From the NCBI GenBank assembly GCA_964019335.1, contig OZ025705.1, positions 310,001 through 374,000 on the forward strand: a DNA stretch of 64,000 nt, given 5' to 3'. Origin of the DNA: Diplonema japonicum. Taxonomy: Eukaryota; Protista; Euglenozoa: Diplonemea. Shown piece by piece: positions 22,426-32,373 of the stretch; the first letter of the stretch is position 1; each line of letters opens with the position of its first letter. A program made the translations under genes and the position numbers. Under the pieces are notes generated by a model. That model was not told where the DNA came from, did no database searches, and saw only the letters and a list, made by a program, of their open reading frames with translations.

Positions 22426-23138
22426 TGGTGTTAAGGTTTTGTGGTGGTTGTTGAGGTATGAAACCTGCGTGTCGGGGTGCGGTGCGTTGAAAGGTAGGCA
22501 CAACAAAGAAAATGAAGAAAGAAAGAAAGAAAGAAAGAAAGAAGAGAGAGAATTAACAGGGCTGCGGAAAGGCCCAAAATTCGTTCGGTCAAAAACGAGA
22601 CAAAAAAAGCAAGCTTTGGAGAATAAGGAGATAAAGTTTTAACAAAATAAGTTTTAAATAATAATAAGAAGAAAGAAAGAAAGAATGAAGAGAGAGGTGT
22701 ATTATGTAGCACCCACTTACCAGATGAAGCTAAGGGGTTGTCACCGTTAGAGTGGCCTAATAAGGAAACGGTGTCGTGTGAGGAGCTTGCTTTTGCTCTT
22801 TTGAAGAGAGAAAAGGAAACAAACAGAGAGAGAGGGAGAGAGAGGGAGGGAGGGCATGCATGTATGAGCGTGTTGCATAATAACGATTTACCACACAAAA
22901 AGAAAAGGGAGGAAGTGGAGGAGAACACAAAAGCGAACTGGCGTACTTCTGCCCCGGGAAATATTTCCACAAGACAAGGAACAGAACGGTAAAGGAGCGT
23001 GACCCAGAGTCACTTAACACTCTTTGCCTTAGTTTCTGTTCAGTAGTTGGTTATTATTTCTTTTTCTTCTTCTTTTTTTTTTTTCTCTTTTTTTTCTTTT
23101 TTTCATTTTTTGTCCCCTCCTCTTACAACTTCAGATCA

Positions 23139-24702
23139 CTAGTTGCTGATCTTCACACACTCCGGTGCGTAGTTGCAGACAGACAGACACCTGGCCCACC
23201 ACTTGTTCTGCTGGTAGCACGACAGCCCGGCCTCACAGCAGTTCGGGTTCGAGAGACATCCTCCCCAAGCACTGATCCTGCTGGCGCAGGTAGGATCGGA
23301 AGTGGGTACTGGCGTGGAGGCGGCGACTGTTGGCTGGGGAGTAGGGGCAGGAGTAGGAGCAGGAGTGGAAGGAGCTGTTGGCTGAGGAGTAGGGGCAACC
23401 GTTGGCTCAGGGGTGGGAGCAGGAGTGGACGGGGTCACGGGCTTGGGAGTGGGTGCCGGTGCCACGGTGGGCTGGGGAGTAGGTGCAGGGGTCGGCATGG
23501 GGGTGGACGCGGGAGGAGGGTTTCCGTGGCTGCACCCCCCGGCAGGGCTGACGGAGGCACCGACCGCCTGCGACCAGGCCCCGTTGGTGTCGTGAAGAGC
23601 GACCCAGAAGAAGGCCCCCCCCCGTTGCAGGGGTACTCCTTGTTCAGGTCATTCATCACGCTGACAGCCTGCTGCGCGTTGCTGTTGGAGTTGGTCCCCC
23701 CGCAGTCGCTGATGCAGAAGCCGAAGACCACCTTCGTCGGGTCGTTCCCGAAGCAGTCTGTCACGTGTGGGTCTTGAGGTGCTGCAAAGCAGACTCGTAG
23801 ACGCCCCCGTTGATCCCGTCCGAGTTGGGGCGCGTCACCCCGTTGTAGTACTGCGGCATGATGAAGTCCACAGAGCTCGCCACCTCCTTGATGACGTTGT
23901 AGTAGCCGGTCCCCTGCTTCATTCGATGTCCATCGGTGCGTGCGTCACCTCACCGCCAGCAGGGAGCTTCTGCTTCAGCCCGACAGTCACCTCCTTCAAA
24001 AAGGCCTGCGCCTGTGCCCCCTTCGCGAAGGGGGACCCGTTGTGCCCGTCCTCGTAGTAGTACTCGTAGTCGATGTCCACCCCGTCGAAGCCCTGGTCCC
24101 GCGAGATGTCCACCAGTTGCTGGATCACGAAGTCCTCCTTCCCGTAGCAGTACTCCCAGCAGTCGTTCTTCCCGTCCCACGAGCCTCCCATCCCGGCCCC
24201 GCCGAAGGACAGGATCACCTTCTTCCCAGCCGCACGCCACTTCTGCACCAGGGCGGGCTGCGGGGCGTTTCCGCACACCGGCACGGGCGTCGAGATCACG
24301 CACTGCTGGTTGCAGGTGTTCTTCCCCGGGCTCCACGTGTAGGTCACCGCGAAGGACACGAGGACGTGTGTGTAGGCGTTCATCTGTGCGTCGGTGGGGC
24401 ACGCCTGCCAGTTCCCGACGTAGGCGATCATCCTGCTGTCCTCCGATGCCTGAGCCGGAGGACCGGGCGGCGGCGTGGGAGGGGCGGGGGTCGGAGGCGG
24501 TGCCGGCACAGTGCCCCCCATCGATGGGCACCACGTTGCTTGGTTCGACGCGCACACACCAGCACTCGTAGCACGGCTCCGCCCACCCTGACTTGTAACA
24601 AGGCGCACCCATGTTGATGCAACGCTGGCACTCCTCCACAGTCTGCCCTGAAACACCTCCCGCAAGCAGCATCATCCCAAGAAGCACCCGAGACGTTCTC
24701 AT
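23139..24702 (-). pseudogene. Secreted GH18 chitinase with Pro/Thr linkers and CBM1-like module, four frameshifts
   Basis: Signal peptide from ATG 24702; KVILSFGG, FDGVDIDYE (DxDxE), VDFIMPQYYNG, NGGAFFW. Frame changes near 24565, 23922, 23765 and 23615-23623. Confidence 0.85.
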
Positions 24703-25207
24703 TTTATTTGTGTGTAGTGTTGTGAAAACTGTGGAAAGGATAGGGCTCATCAAAAACACACAACTCATCAAATTATCTTCAATGCATCCCTCAGGGTGTC
24801 AAATGGATCAAAAAAAAACTCGATGATTTAAAGGAAGCCGGTGGGGGCACCCTGCACAAGCACCATTTACTTGATTACAGAGGGCGCACCTCGGCCTAGC
24901 TGTAGCTTCTTCTGCGTTCCGCGTTGTGTCCTTAATGCGTGCGGTGTGCAGCTCAACCCCAGCCGGGGCGCCCCGGGTAACCAAGATTCTGAGCCCGTGT
25001 AGTTTGCTGCCTGTTCGCCACCCAGAGCATCTGCTTCTTCCACTTGGGCGCTACCGGTGATGACCGACGAGGAGGTCAACAGCGAACAACACATCTGATG
25101 TACTTCTTTATATTTCCATGTTATCCCCACCAAAAAAAAATAAAATAAAAAAAAAGGCAGGTTTTCGTGACGTTGCATATTTCTTTTCTCATTCTTTTCT
25201 GTCCCCC

Positions 25208-25687
25208 CTAGCAACTGTTGTACCATGCCTGGTACTGCTCGGTTGTGCAAAGGGCAGCGCAGTCGTCCTTGTAGCGGCAGTCGGTACCGGTCATGTACCC
25301 ACGCCACACGAAGCCAGCTGCACCAGGGGAGGTGCCAGTGTAATTTGCTGGCCCACCAGGGATCGTCTGTGTGAAGGCGTCGGTAAAAGGGGTATCTGTA
25401 TTGTAAGCAATGACAGAGCCTACCCAGTTACTCGGGGTCTGCGAGTATACTGCAAGGAAGTCGGCCACTTTGCTGTGGGTAGGCTTCAGACCCCCGCCCT
25501 GGCAAAATATGCCTTCTTGGGTGGTGTTGCACTGGCAAAGACAATAGAACCCACTGTAGCTCACCTTGAGACCCCCGTCCACATACAGACCGCTTTCATT
25601 CCACTGTTGTGCCCCGACAAACGCAGTTGCTTCTTCGAGCGTGTACCCAGCTAGAGCCATCGTGATGCTGACCGCAAGAATAATCAT
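25208..25687 (-). CDS. Small secreted Cys-containing hypothetical protein (159 aa)
   Basis: ATG 25687, signal-like MIILAVSITMALAG, eight Cys, N-glycosylation sequons NES, NTT, NYT. Confidence 0.65.
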   Translation of the reverse strand: MIILAVSITMALAGYTLEEATAFVGAQQWNESGLYVDGGLKVSYSGFYCLCQCNTTQEGIFCQGGGLKPTHSKVADFLAVYSQTPSNWVGSVIAYNTDTPFTDAFTQTIPGGPANYTGTSPGAAGFVWRGYMTGTDCRYKDDCAALCTTEQYQAWYNSC

Positions 25688-26300
25688 TTTATTTTTGTTG
25701 TTTGTTGGCAGGCCTTTTGTATTGGTGATGCTGTACATAAAAAACAAAAAAACAAATAGGAGGGGGGGGGGGGGGAGTGGTATCATATCAAAAATATGGG
25801 AGAGAGAAATGTTAAGATCAACACAAAAAAAAAAAAAAAATACAGGATAAATAAAAAGGACGGGGAGGGAGGGGATTCGGGGGTCTTTCCCCTCTTCCTA
25901 GAAGCTTGAAGAGAAGGGTGACAAGAAGAAGAAGGTATAAAAAAAAATCTTTTTTTTGTGATAATACTACAATTGTTGTAGGTGCAGCTTTCTTTCTTTT
26001 TTTTTATTTCTTTTTTTTTTTATTTAGGGTGCTTGTCTCGTCAAACCCTCTGGACAATGGACTTCTAGCGCTGGAGCCTCTTGCAGTGTTGGAATGGAAG
26101 AAGTAAAAAAAAAGAAGAAAAAAAAGAAATAGAAGTGAAACATGTAAGGGCGAAAAAAAAAAAAAAAAAAAAAAAACTTCAAAGTGTCGGACTAACGAAT
26201 AAGAGGGAAACAAGGAAAAGAGCACAGGAGGGAGAGAAGAAAGAAAAATCTAGACATGGTTTTCGAGGTTTTAGCCCCTTGCTGTTAATAAGAGAATGAG

Positions 26301-26331
<31 letters not shown>

Positions 26332-26334
<3 letters not shown>

Positions 26335-27334
26335 ACATTTAAGGGTACCTGCGGTATGTGGCAGGACGCCTGAAGAGTCTCAATCTATCTCTTGATCGAA
26401 CCTTTCTGCTGTGGTGTGGCCTTCGGCCCCTCGTTCACCCTCCTCGGTACCTTAGGTATAAAACCCTCAACCGAGTTGGTAAGGACACAATAGTTGTACA
26501 GTTGTTTCTCAAGGATGTGGCGGGTCACCGGGGAGGCGAATACCGGTCTAGAGGAGTAGCCCCTTACGGAGCTGTTGTAGTAACCCAACGTGCGCAGGGA
26601 GTGGACAGAGACTACTGACGCAGCTGGGATGAGGGGCGCTATGCCCTTACTGGTGTGGATGCGTTCTAGTGCCGTTATCACCCGGCCTATTACACGCGCG
26701 CTCACTTGGATGTCCTCACCCTCTTCACAAGGTGAGAGTCCCACCGTGGCAATGAAGTCTATGGCCAGCTCAAGCCTGGAGACCTGTCCACCTGTCGTGC
26801 CCCAGTGAAGGGCAGAGAGCCATCGGATGACGTGCGGGATGAGCCGTGGGAGGCACTGTTGCCTCAAACCATTGTCGTAGTGCCACCTCAGTGACCGTGG
26901 CTTGAGCAAACTCCCCTTCTCGAAAGGCCTGTTCCACAGGTGAACGCTGAAGTCCATCGTCTTTTTCCGTGCAAAGGTGAGTTGTAAGCTACCAGTGATC
27001 TCCGCCATCATCAGCTGCAACTCGGCAGTGTCCAGCCCGAGTCCCACTGTCGCGATGCCGTGCAGTTGCGTGCACCGGGGCCACTGGTTACGTTGTGTGC
27101 ACAGCGCTGCTCGCGTCTCGGAAGCTGTCCTGATGTGCTCGTGCGCCTGACAGTCCCAGAGGGTGTGCTCCAGGAGTCTCGCCGTGTGTTCCGAAATGTC
27201 GAAAGTAGCGTCGCAGCCCATGCATTTCGTCCGCCCCCCGACCGTGTCGTTGATGATCTTGGGGTGGAACGGGAAAACAGCCCCAGTTATCACTTGCAGT
27301 ACCCTTCGTGCTTTGGGAGGGTTGCGGTTCGCCA
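26332..27334 (-). mobile_element. 5'-truncated copy (1003 bp) of the non-LTR retrotransposon
   Basis: Matches 2198-3200 at offset 24134 with about five substitutions seen; preceded by A31 on the + strand. Confidence 0.95.
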
Positions 27335-27797
27335 AAAAAGAAAAAGAAAAAAAAGAATTGTTCTTGAAATTAAGCATACTTGTTAAATACAAGAAAAATT
27401 AGTTTTTTTTTTCTTTTTTTTTTTCTCCTTTCATTTTTCTCCCCCCTCCCCCTTCTGTGAGCTCATGGCTATGCGTAACGATAAAGCTTTTAATTCATCG
27501 TTTTCTCTTGTTTTTTTTTTTTTTTTGTTTTAATTTGTCATCCCCCTCCGCGTCTGAGAAAAATCGCGTTGTGATGAAAGGGAAGGTAGTAACGACAGAG
27601 GGAAGAAAAAAAAAACTAAATTTGGAGTAACTACTCACAAAAAAAAGGGGGGGTAAATATTACCACCAGAGAATGTAACCTCTGGGAAGGGACTGGGCAC
27701 ACCAACTTACGTCCATTCCTTGTTCGCCCCCCCCCCCCCCCCCCCTCCCCCCTCTCCTTTTTTCTTTTCTATTTTTCCCCCCATTCCTTTCAGTTTC

Positions 27798-27831
<34 letters not shown>

Positions 27832-28863
27832 ACAACTTTTATTGTGTTCTTTCTCCCTTGTTAGAAGGAAAATACGGGGGTGAAAAAAAAAAGAAGAAGA
27901 AAAAAAAAAAAAAGAGAAACACATGAAGATGTGAATTGCTTCTGAATGAAACTGTTGAAATCACGCACGAAATATAAAAAAAAAGGGGGGTGAGGAGAAG
28001 TAGTTTTTTTACTTCTTTCTTTCTTTCTTTTTTCTCGTTTTTTTTTTTCTCCCCCATTTGACAGCCCAGACTCAACTACGAGAGTAAAGTCCTATAATTA
28101 TTATGAAAAACGGCACGTGTGGAGGGAGAGGGGGGTTTCTGCTTCTTTTTTTTTTTCTAGTATATTTTGTTCAAAAAAAAAATATCGTAGGCCATTTCAT
28201 TTTTTTTTTCGCTCAAATAAATATTATTTCAACCGATACTTATTTGTCATTCGAAAAGAAAATGAAGCTGCTTACGATAAATTCTCCCATCTTTTGTTTG
28301 TTTTGATTTCATTTCCGGGGGGGGGGGGTCCTTTTAATTTTATTCTCCATAAAGAAGGTCAATCACAAGTTCGTTTCTTATTTTATTTTATTTTTATTTT
28401 ATTTTTACTTAATTCACCCCACTATGCTATCACATAGTCCTTTTTTTTTCTTTTTTTTTCTTCCCTTTCTCCGAAAATTCGAACAAGAGGGGGGAGGGAG
28501 GGAGGGAGGGAAATGCATTATAAACTCGATAAAATTTCAGTGTGCATGGGGGTGCTCACTGTGGCTCCCCGGCCGGGAAATGAACCCGTATAAAAAAAAA
28601 AAAAAAGGTAGAAGATTCAGTGGGTTTTCCCAATTTTTTTTGTCTTTTTTTTTTTTTTTCCCACACACCACACGAAAAGGCCGACTCGAACCGTAAAAAA
28701 AAAAAAAAAAAAAAATATAAATGCAAAAGGAAAAAAAAAAAAAAAAAAAACGCCCCCAAAAGAAAACCCCCTCCCCTTTTCAATAAATAAACAATAAAAA
28801 AAAAAGAAAAAAAAAACACAGGCAACGGGAGAAAAAAAAAAAGCTTAAGACCTTTTGGGAGAA

Positions 28864-28916
<53 letters not shown>

Positions 28917-28965
28917 CACATTCGCGGGCTAGGTTTTGAGAAGATTTCCCCTCCCCCCCTTTTTT

Positions 28966-31392
28966 TTATTCCCGTCCTTCCAAAGGATGTTCCTTGTACA
29001 AGAGAAAGGAAATGGCACCGGAGAGGAAAAGGCACAGGAACAACATAACGATCAGCTGCATATTGGCAAACGCGAGAGAGATCGTGGCCACCGGCAAGAT
29101 CTGTTCTGATACAGATGAGAGAATCGGCTGGAAAGTTTCATTGTTGGTGGCCTGCGCGAGTACATCCGAAAGCTCGATATACGTCTGCACCGCGGCTGTG
29201 GTGGTGGCCCCGACTTTCAACAGTGTGAAGCAAGAATACCCAAAAGTGAGTAAAATGCTTCCCGTGAAAACATTCGCAGGCGTTCCCCACTTCTCTACAA
29301 ATGTAAGTTCATCTATCACATCATCAACAACAGAATTATCCTGATCCACAGACATCGGTACATTTGTCTTCTTTGTCTCGGATTTAACCGACAATCGCTT
29401 CCCACTTACACTTGTACTACTACTTGTTAAAATCGTCATTGCTTGTTTGATAAATTGTGTGTACGTAAGTGATAGTTCACCAATAGCGGTGGACGTAATT
29501 TTTGAACGCAGCCATGTGGATTTTAGGAAGTGAACCTCGCCTGTGACCCTCATTTCGCATTGAACAGCAGCTTCGTCCACAAGCTCCACCTCAACAAGAA
29601 CTTCAATTCGAAAACAGTCTCCTGTCATAACATCAGGTGTCTGGGATGTGAAATGAACACGAAGCTTGTTCTTACTGTAAGCAAACCTCTGCCATTCAAC
29701 GTAAACAGTGTGCTTGTTCCAAGGGGCTTGAATGATCGTGTTGCAGGTGAAGGTCCTCCACCCGACTGATTTACCCTCACCGACATGTTCCCAGGGGGGC
29801 ATGGTGCACTGCGTGGGTTTCTCTTTTGTTCCCATGTACTCGCCGCGTTTTTGATGGTAGGAAGACAGGAAAGACGATGTGTTTGAAAAGAGAAGCTCGA
29901 AGATATCCTTAACAGACCTCCCTGCAGGGCACGGTTCCGCTTCGCGAATTGGCTTCGTCAAGCACCGTTCTTCCAGAAAATTTTTGTTGCAATCGAGGTC
30001 TGAGAAATATCGGTGCATTTGATTGACATCGATGTCTGATGTTTCGAAGGCGGACGCAGTGGTTTGAGCGACAGCGACAGCGGGTGTGGTGGGTTGGGGG
30101 TGTGGTGGGGATGCTGACCGAAGTGCGGGTGAACCTTTTGGAGACTTTGGTCCCCTTGGCGACAAGGACTTCGATATGGCCTTGATAATATTCACAGGGG
30201 ATTTTGGTGTTTTGACGATTTCCCTGTCGTTCTCATCCGTTGTGTACCCCTCCATGTTCCCGGACCTTACTGATGCTCCCCTCACACGTGTTAAGCCCCC
30301 CGCTAGCTCTTGAATGTACTTGAACATGTTGTCTTCATTTTTAAAGCCTTCGAAGACGAGTTCCTTCGCCTCGTTTCTTGACGTCATCAGGAATTTTATT
30401 GCGTGTCCTTTCCACGTTTTCGCTTTGTCGATCTTCACGCACGACTCGTAGGGAATGAGTACATGGTACTTATAAGGGACCGTCACGAAGGAAGCGTGAT
30501 GCGATGAGAGGAATATGATCCCGTGTTGTTTCAACATTCCCTTCTTCGAGGGCCGGTAGCAGGATCTACTGTGGAGCACCGGTTCGTTCAATGGGAGAAA
30601 TGTGAGGTTTTCTGGCGGGGTGGGAACTACCGTGACGGATACCATTGAGGAGCTTGATGAGAATACGGATTCTAATTCGGTTTTTCTCGACACCGCTGTC
30701 CCGGAGACTGAGGTGATCCTCCACCCTTTGGTGTCGTTCAGTTCGGGGCCGTCTGCGATGATCAGATCCTCCGTTAGTTGTGTGTTTTTGAAGGTGGTTA
30801 GCGATAGGTCGAGGGTTATTTTGTCAGCTTTGGTGTATTTTCTTATCCATTTCCGTCTGCGTACGCAGTCGCCCCTTCGGCGTGGGTGGTGGTATTTCCA
30901 CCACCAGTCAGTAGAATATTCCCATCCGTCATCGCTGTCTTCTCCTTGCAGTTCCCAGCCAGATGCCCATACACATCCTGAAGGTGGGACAGCGTCTTCT
31001 TTTTTCGCTGGTTTTCGTTTCGCGTCGCACCATTCTGGGATATCGGTCGGGAGGCGTTTCTTCCCCCACGACATTATAGGGAACCATCGTTGTGTTTCAT
31101 GTATTAGAACGCATTGTTGTCCGGGTTCTAGAGGGGACATGGGCTCGTTGTTGTTCAAGCAGGGGCTTTCATAGGTTAGGGCACCGCAGCAGCTCCAATG
31201 CTCTTCTGTTATCTGGTCCTCTTCATGCTCGCATACTGCACCTTCGATGTGGCCCTCTCGTGAGCACCAATGTTCTTTCTCTTCTCCTCTCCATTCACCA
31301 TCGTGCGCTCGATCATCACTGGCCTCGCTTGAGGCAGCGCTTTCTGTCATTCCCTCTCCTGTAGGGGGGGTTGGGATAGAGGGGGCACACAT
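28966..31392 (-). CDS. LAM/Aster-like lipid-transfer protein: DysF domain + GRAM/PH-like + VASt + C-terminal TM helices (808 aa)
   Basis: DysF motifs ETQRWFP...DGWEYS...VRRRKWIR; GIIFLSSHHASF (GRAM-like); VASt motifs IFELLFS, TPDVMTGDCFRIE, VHFLKSTWLRSKI; hydrophobic C-terminus. Confidence 0.78.
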   Translation of the reverse strand: MCAPSIPTPPTGEGMTESAASSEASDDRAHDGEWRGEEKEHWCSREGHIEGAVCEHEEDQITEEHWSCCGALTYESPCLNNNEPMSPLEPGQQCVLIHETQRWFPIMSWGKKRLPTDIPEWCDAKRKPAKKEDAVPPSGCVWASGWELQGEDSDDGWEYSTDWWWKYHHPRRRGDCVRRRKWIRKYTKADKITLDLSLTTFKNTQLTEDLIIADGPELNDTKGWRITSVSGTAVSRKTELESVFSSSSSMVSVTVVPTPPENLTFLPLNEPVLHSRSCYRPSKKGMLKQHGIIFLSSHHASFVTVPYKYHVLIPYESCVKIDKAKTWKGHAIKFLMTSRNEAKELVFEGFKNEDNMFKYIQELAGGLTRVRGASVRSGNMEGYTTDENDREIVKTPKSPVNIIKAISKSLSPRGPKSPKGSPALRSASPPHPQPTTPAVAVAQTTASAFETSDIDVNQMHRYFSDLDCNKNFLEERCLTKPIREAEPCPAGRSVKDIFELLFSNTSSFLSSYHQKRGEYMGTKEKPTQCTMPPWEHVGEGKSVGWRTFTCNTIIQAPWNKHTVYVEWQRFAYSKNKLRVHFTSQTPDVMTGDCFRIEVLVEVELVDEAAVQCEMRVTGEVHFLKSTWLRSKITSTAIGELSLTYTQFIKQAMTILTSSSTSVSGKRLSVKSETKKTNVPMSVDQDNSVVDDVIDELTFVEKWGTPANVFTGSILLTFGYSCFTLLKVGATTTAAVQTYIELSDVLAQATNNETFQPILSSVSEQILPVATISLAFANMQLIVMLFLCLFLSGAISFLLYKEHPLEGRE

Positions 31393-32263
31393 TTAGAAAT
31401 GGAAAAAAAAAAAAAAAAAGAAGAAGGTGGGGAAAAAAAATATAAAAAAAAAAAAAAAAAATAGTTGCGTGAATTCGTGCTGTGGCTTTCATTTCGTCCT
31501 ATCCACCCGCATAGGGGGTATTCTTTTTGGGGCGGGCGGGCGGGACTTAGAAAAGAAATAGAAATAAAATGAGACAAAAAAAAAAGAAAAAGAAGGGTGA
31601 TGCGCTTAAGCACCCGCAAACCTCCTTTTTTTTGTTCTCTTTTTCTTTTGGTGTGTGTGTTGTGTTGTGTGTTAAATCTCCTTTTCTTCGCACTGGCTCG
31701 CCTTAGTTTTCTTCATTTTTTTTTTTTTTTTATAGTTCTTCTTTTCGCGATGAAGACTTCTCCACGCCCCCAAAAAAAAGCATTTTTTTTTCCCCGTTTC
31801 TTCTTTTTTTTTCTTTCCGTCGTAATATCTCGCACGGTGTTCTGTTTCATTCTACTTTTTTTTTTTTCATATTTTTTGTTTTGACTGAAAGAATAATAAA
31901 AAAAAAAGAATAGTGACACAAGTAAATTCGAAGTACTTAAAAAGACAAACAAAAAAAAAGAGGGGGGAAGAAAATGTTGCAGGGGGGGGGGGGGGGGTTT
32001 GTTCTAGTTTCTTTTATCGAAATAACTACATCTCGATAAAGAGAAAAAATTGTGTATGTTTCCTCCCCCCCCTTCCCTTCCTGGATTCAGAACATTTTGA
32101 GAAACTTACCCCCCCCCCCCCATCCCCACCTTACTAAAAAAAAGAAGAAGAAAACACCGAACTCACTGTATGGAATGGATGAGAAAAAAAAAGGAGGGAG
32201 ATTTAAAACAACGATACATCAGAGGAAAAAAAAAGAAAAAAAAAAACCCCTCGTTCCCCACCA

Positions 32264-32340
32264 TCACTTGCCAAAAAAAATAGTAACACAAGTGATGTTG
32301 TCCCCACTGCCTCGTTCAAGAGCTTCAGCAGTTAGTGCCT

Positions 32341-32373
<33 letters not shown>

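Noticed and set aside
24867-25307. 146-aa ORF, including a 14-bp palindrome near 24963
   Set aside because: Overlaps the secreted-protein gene in another frame and crosses a homopolymer spacer; no motif support.
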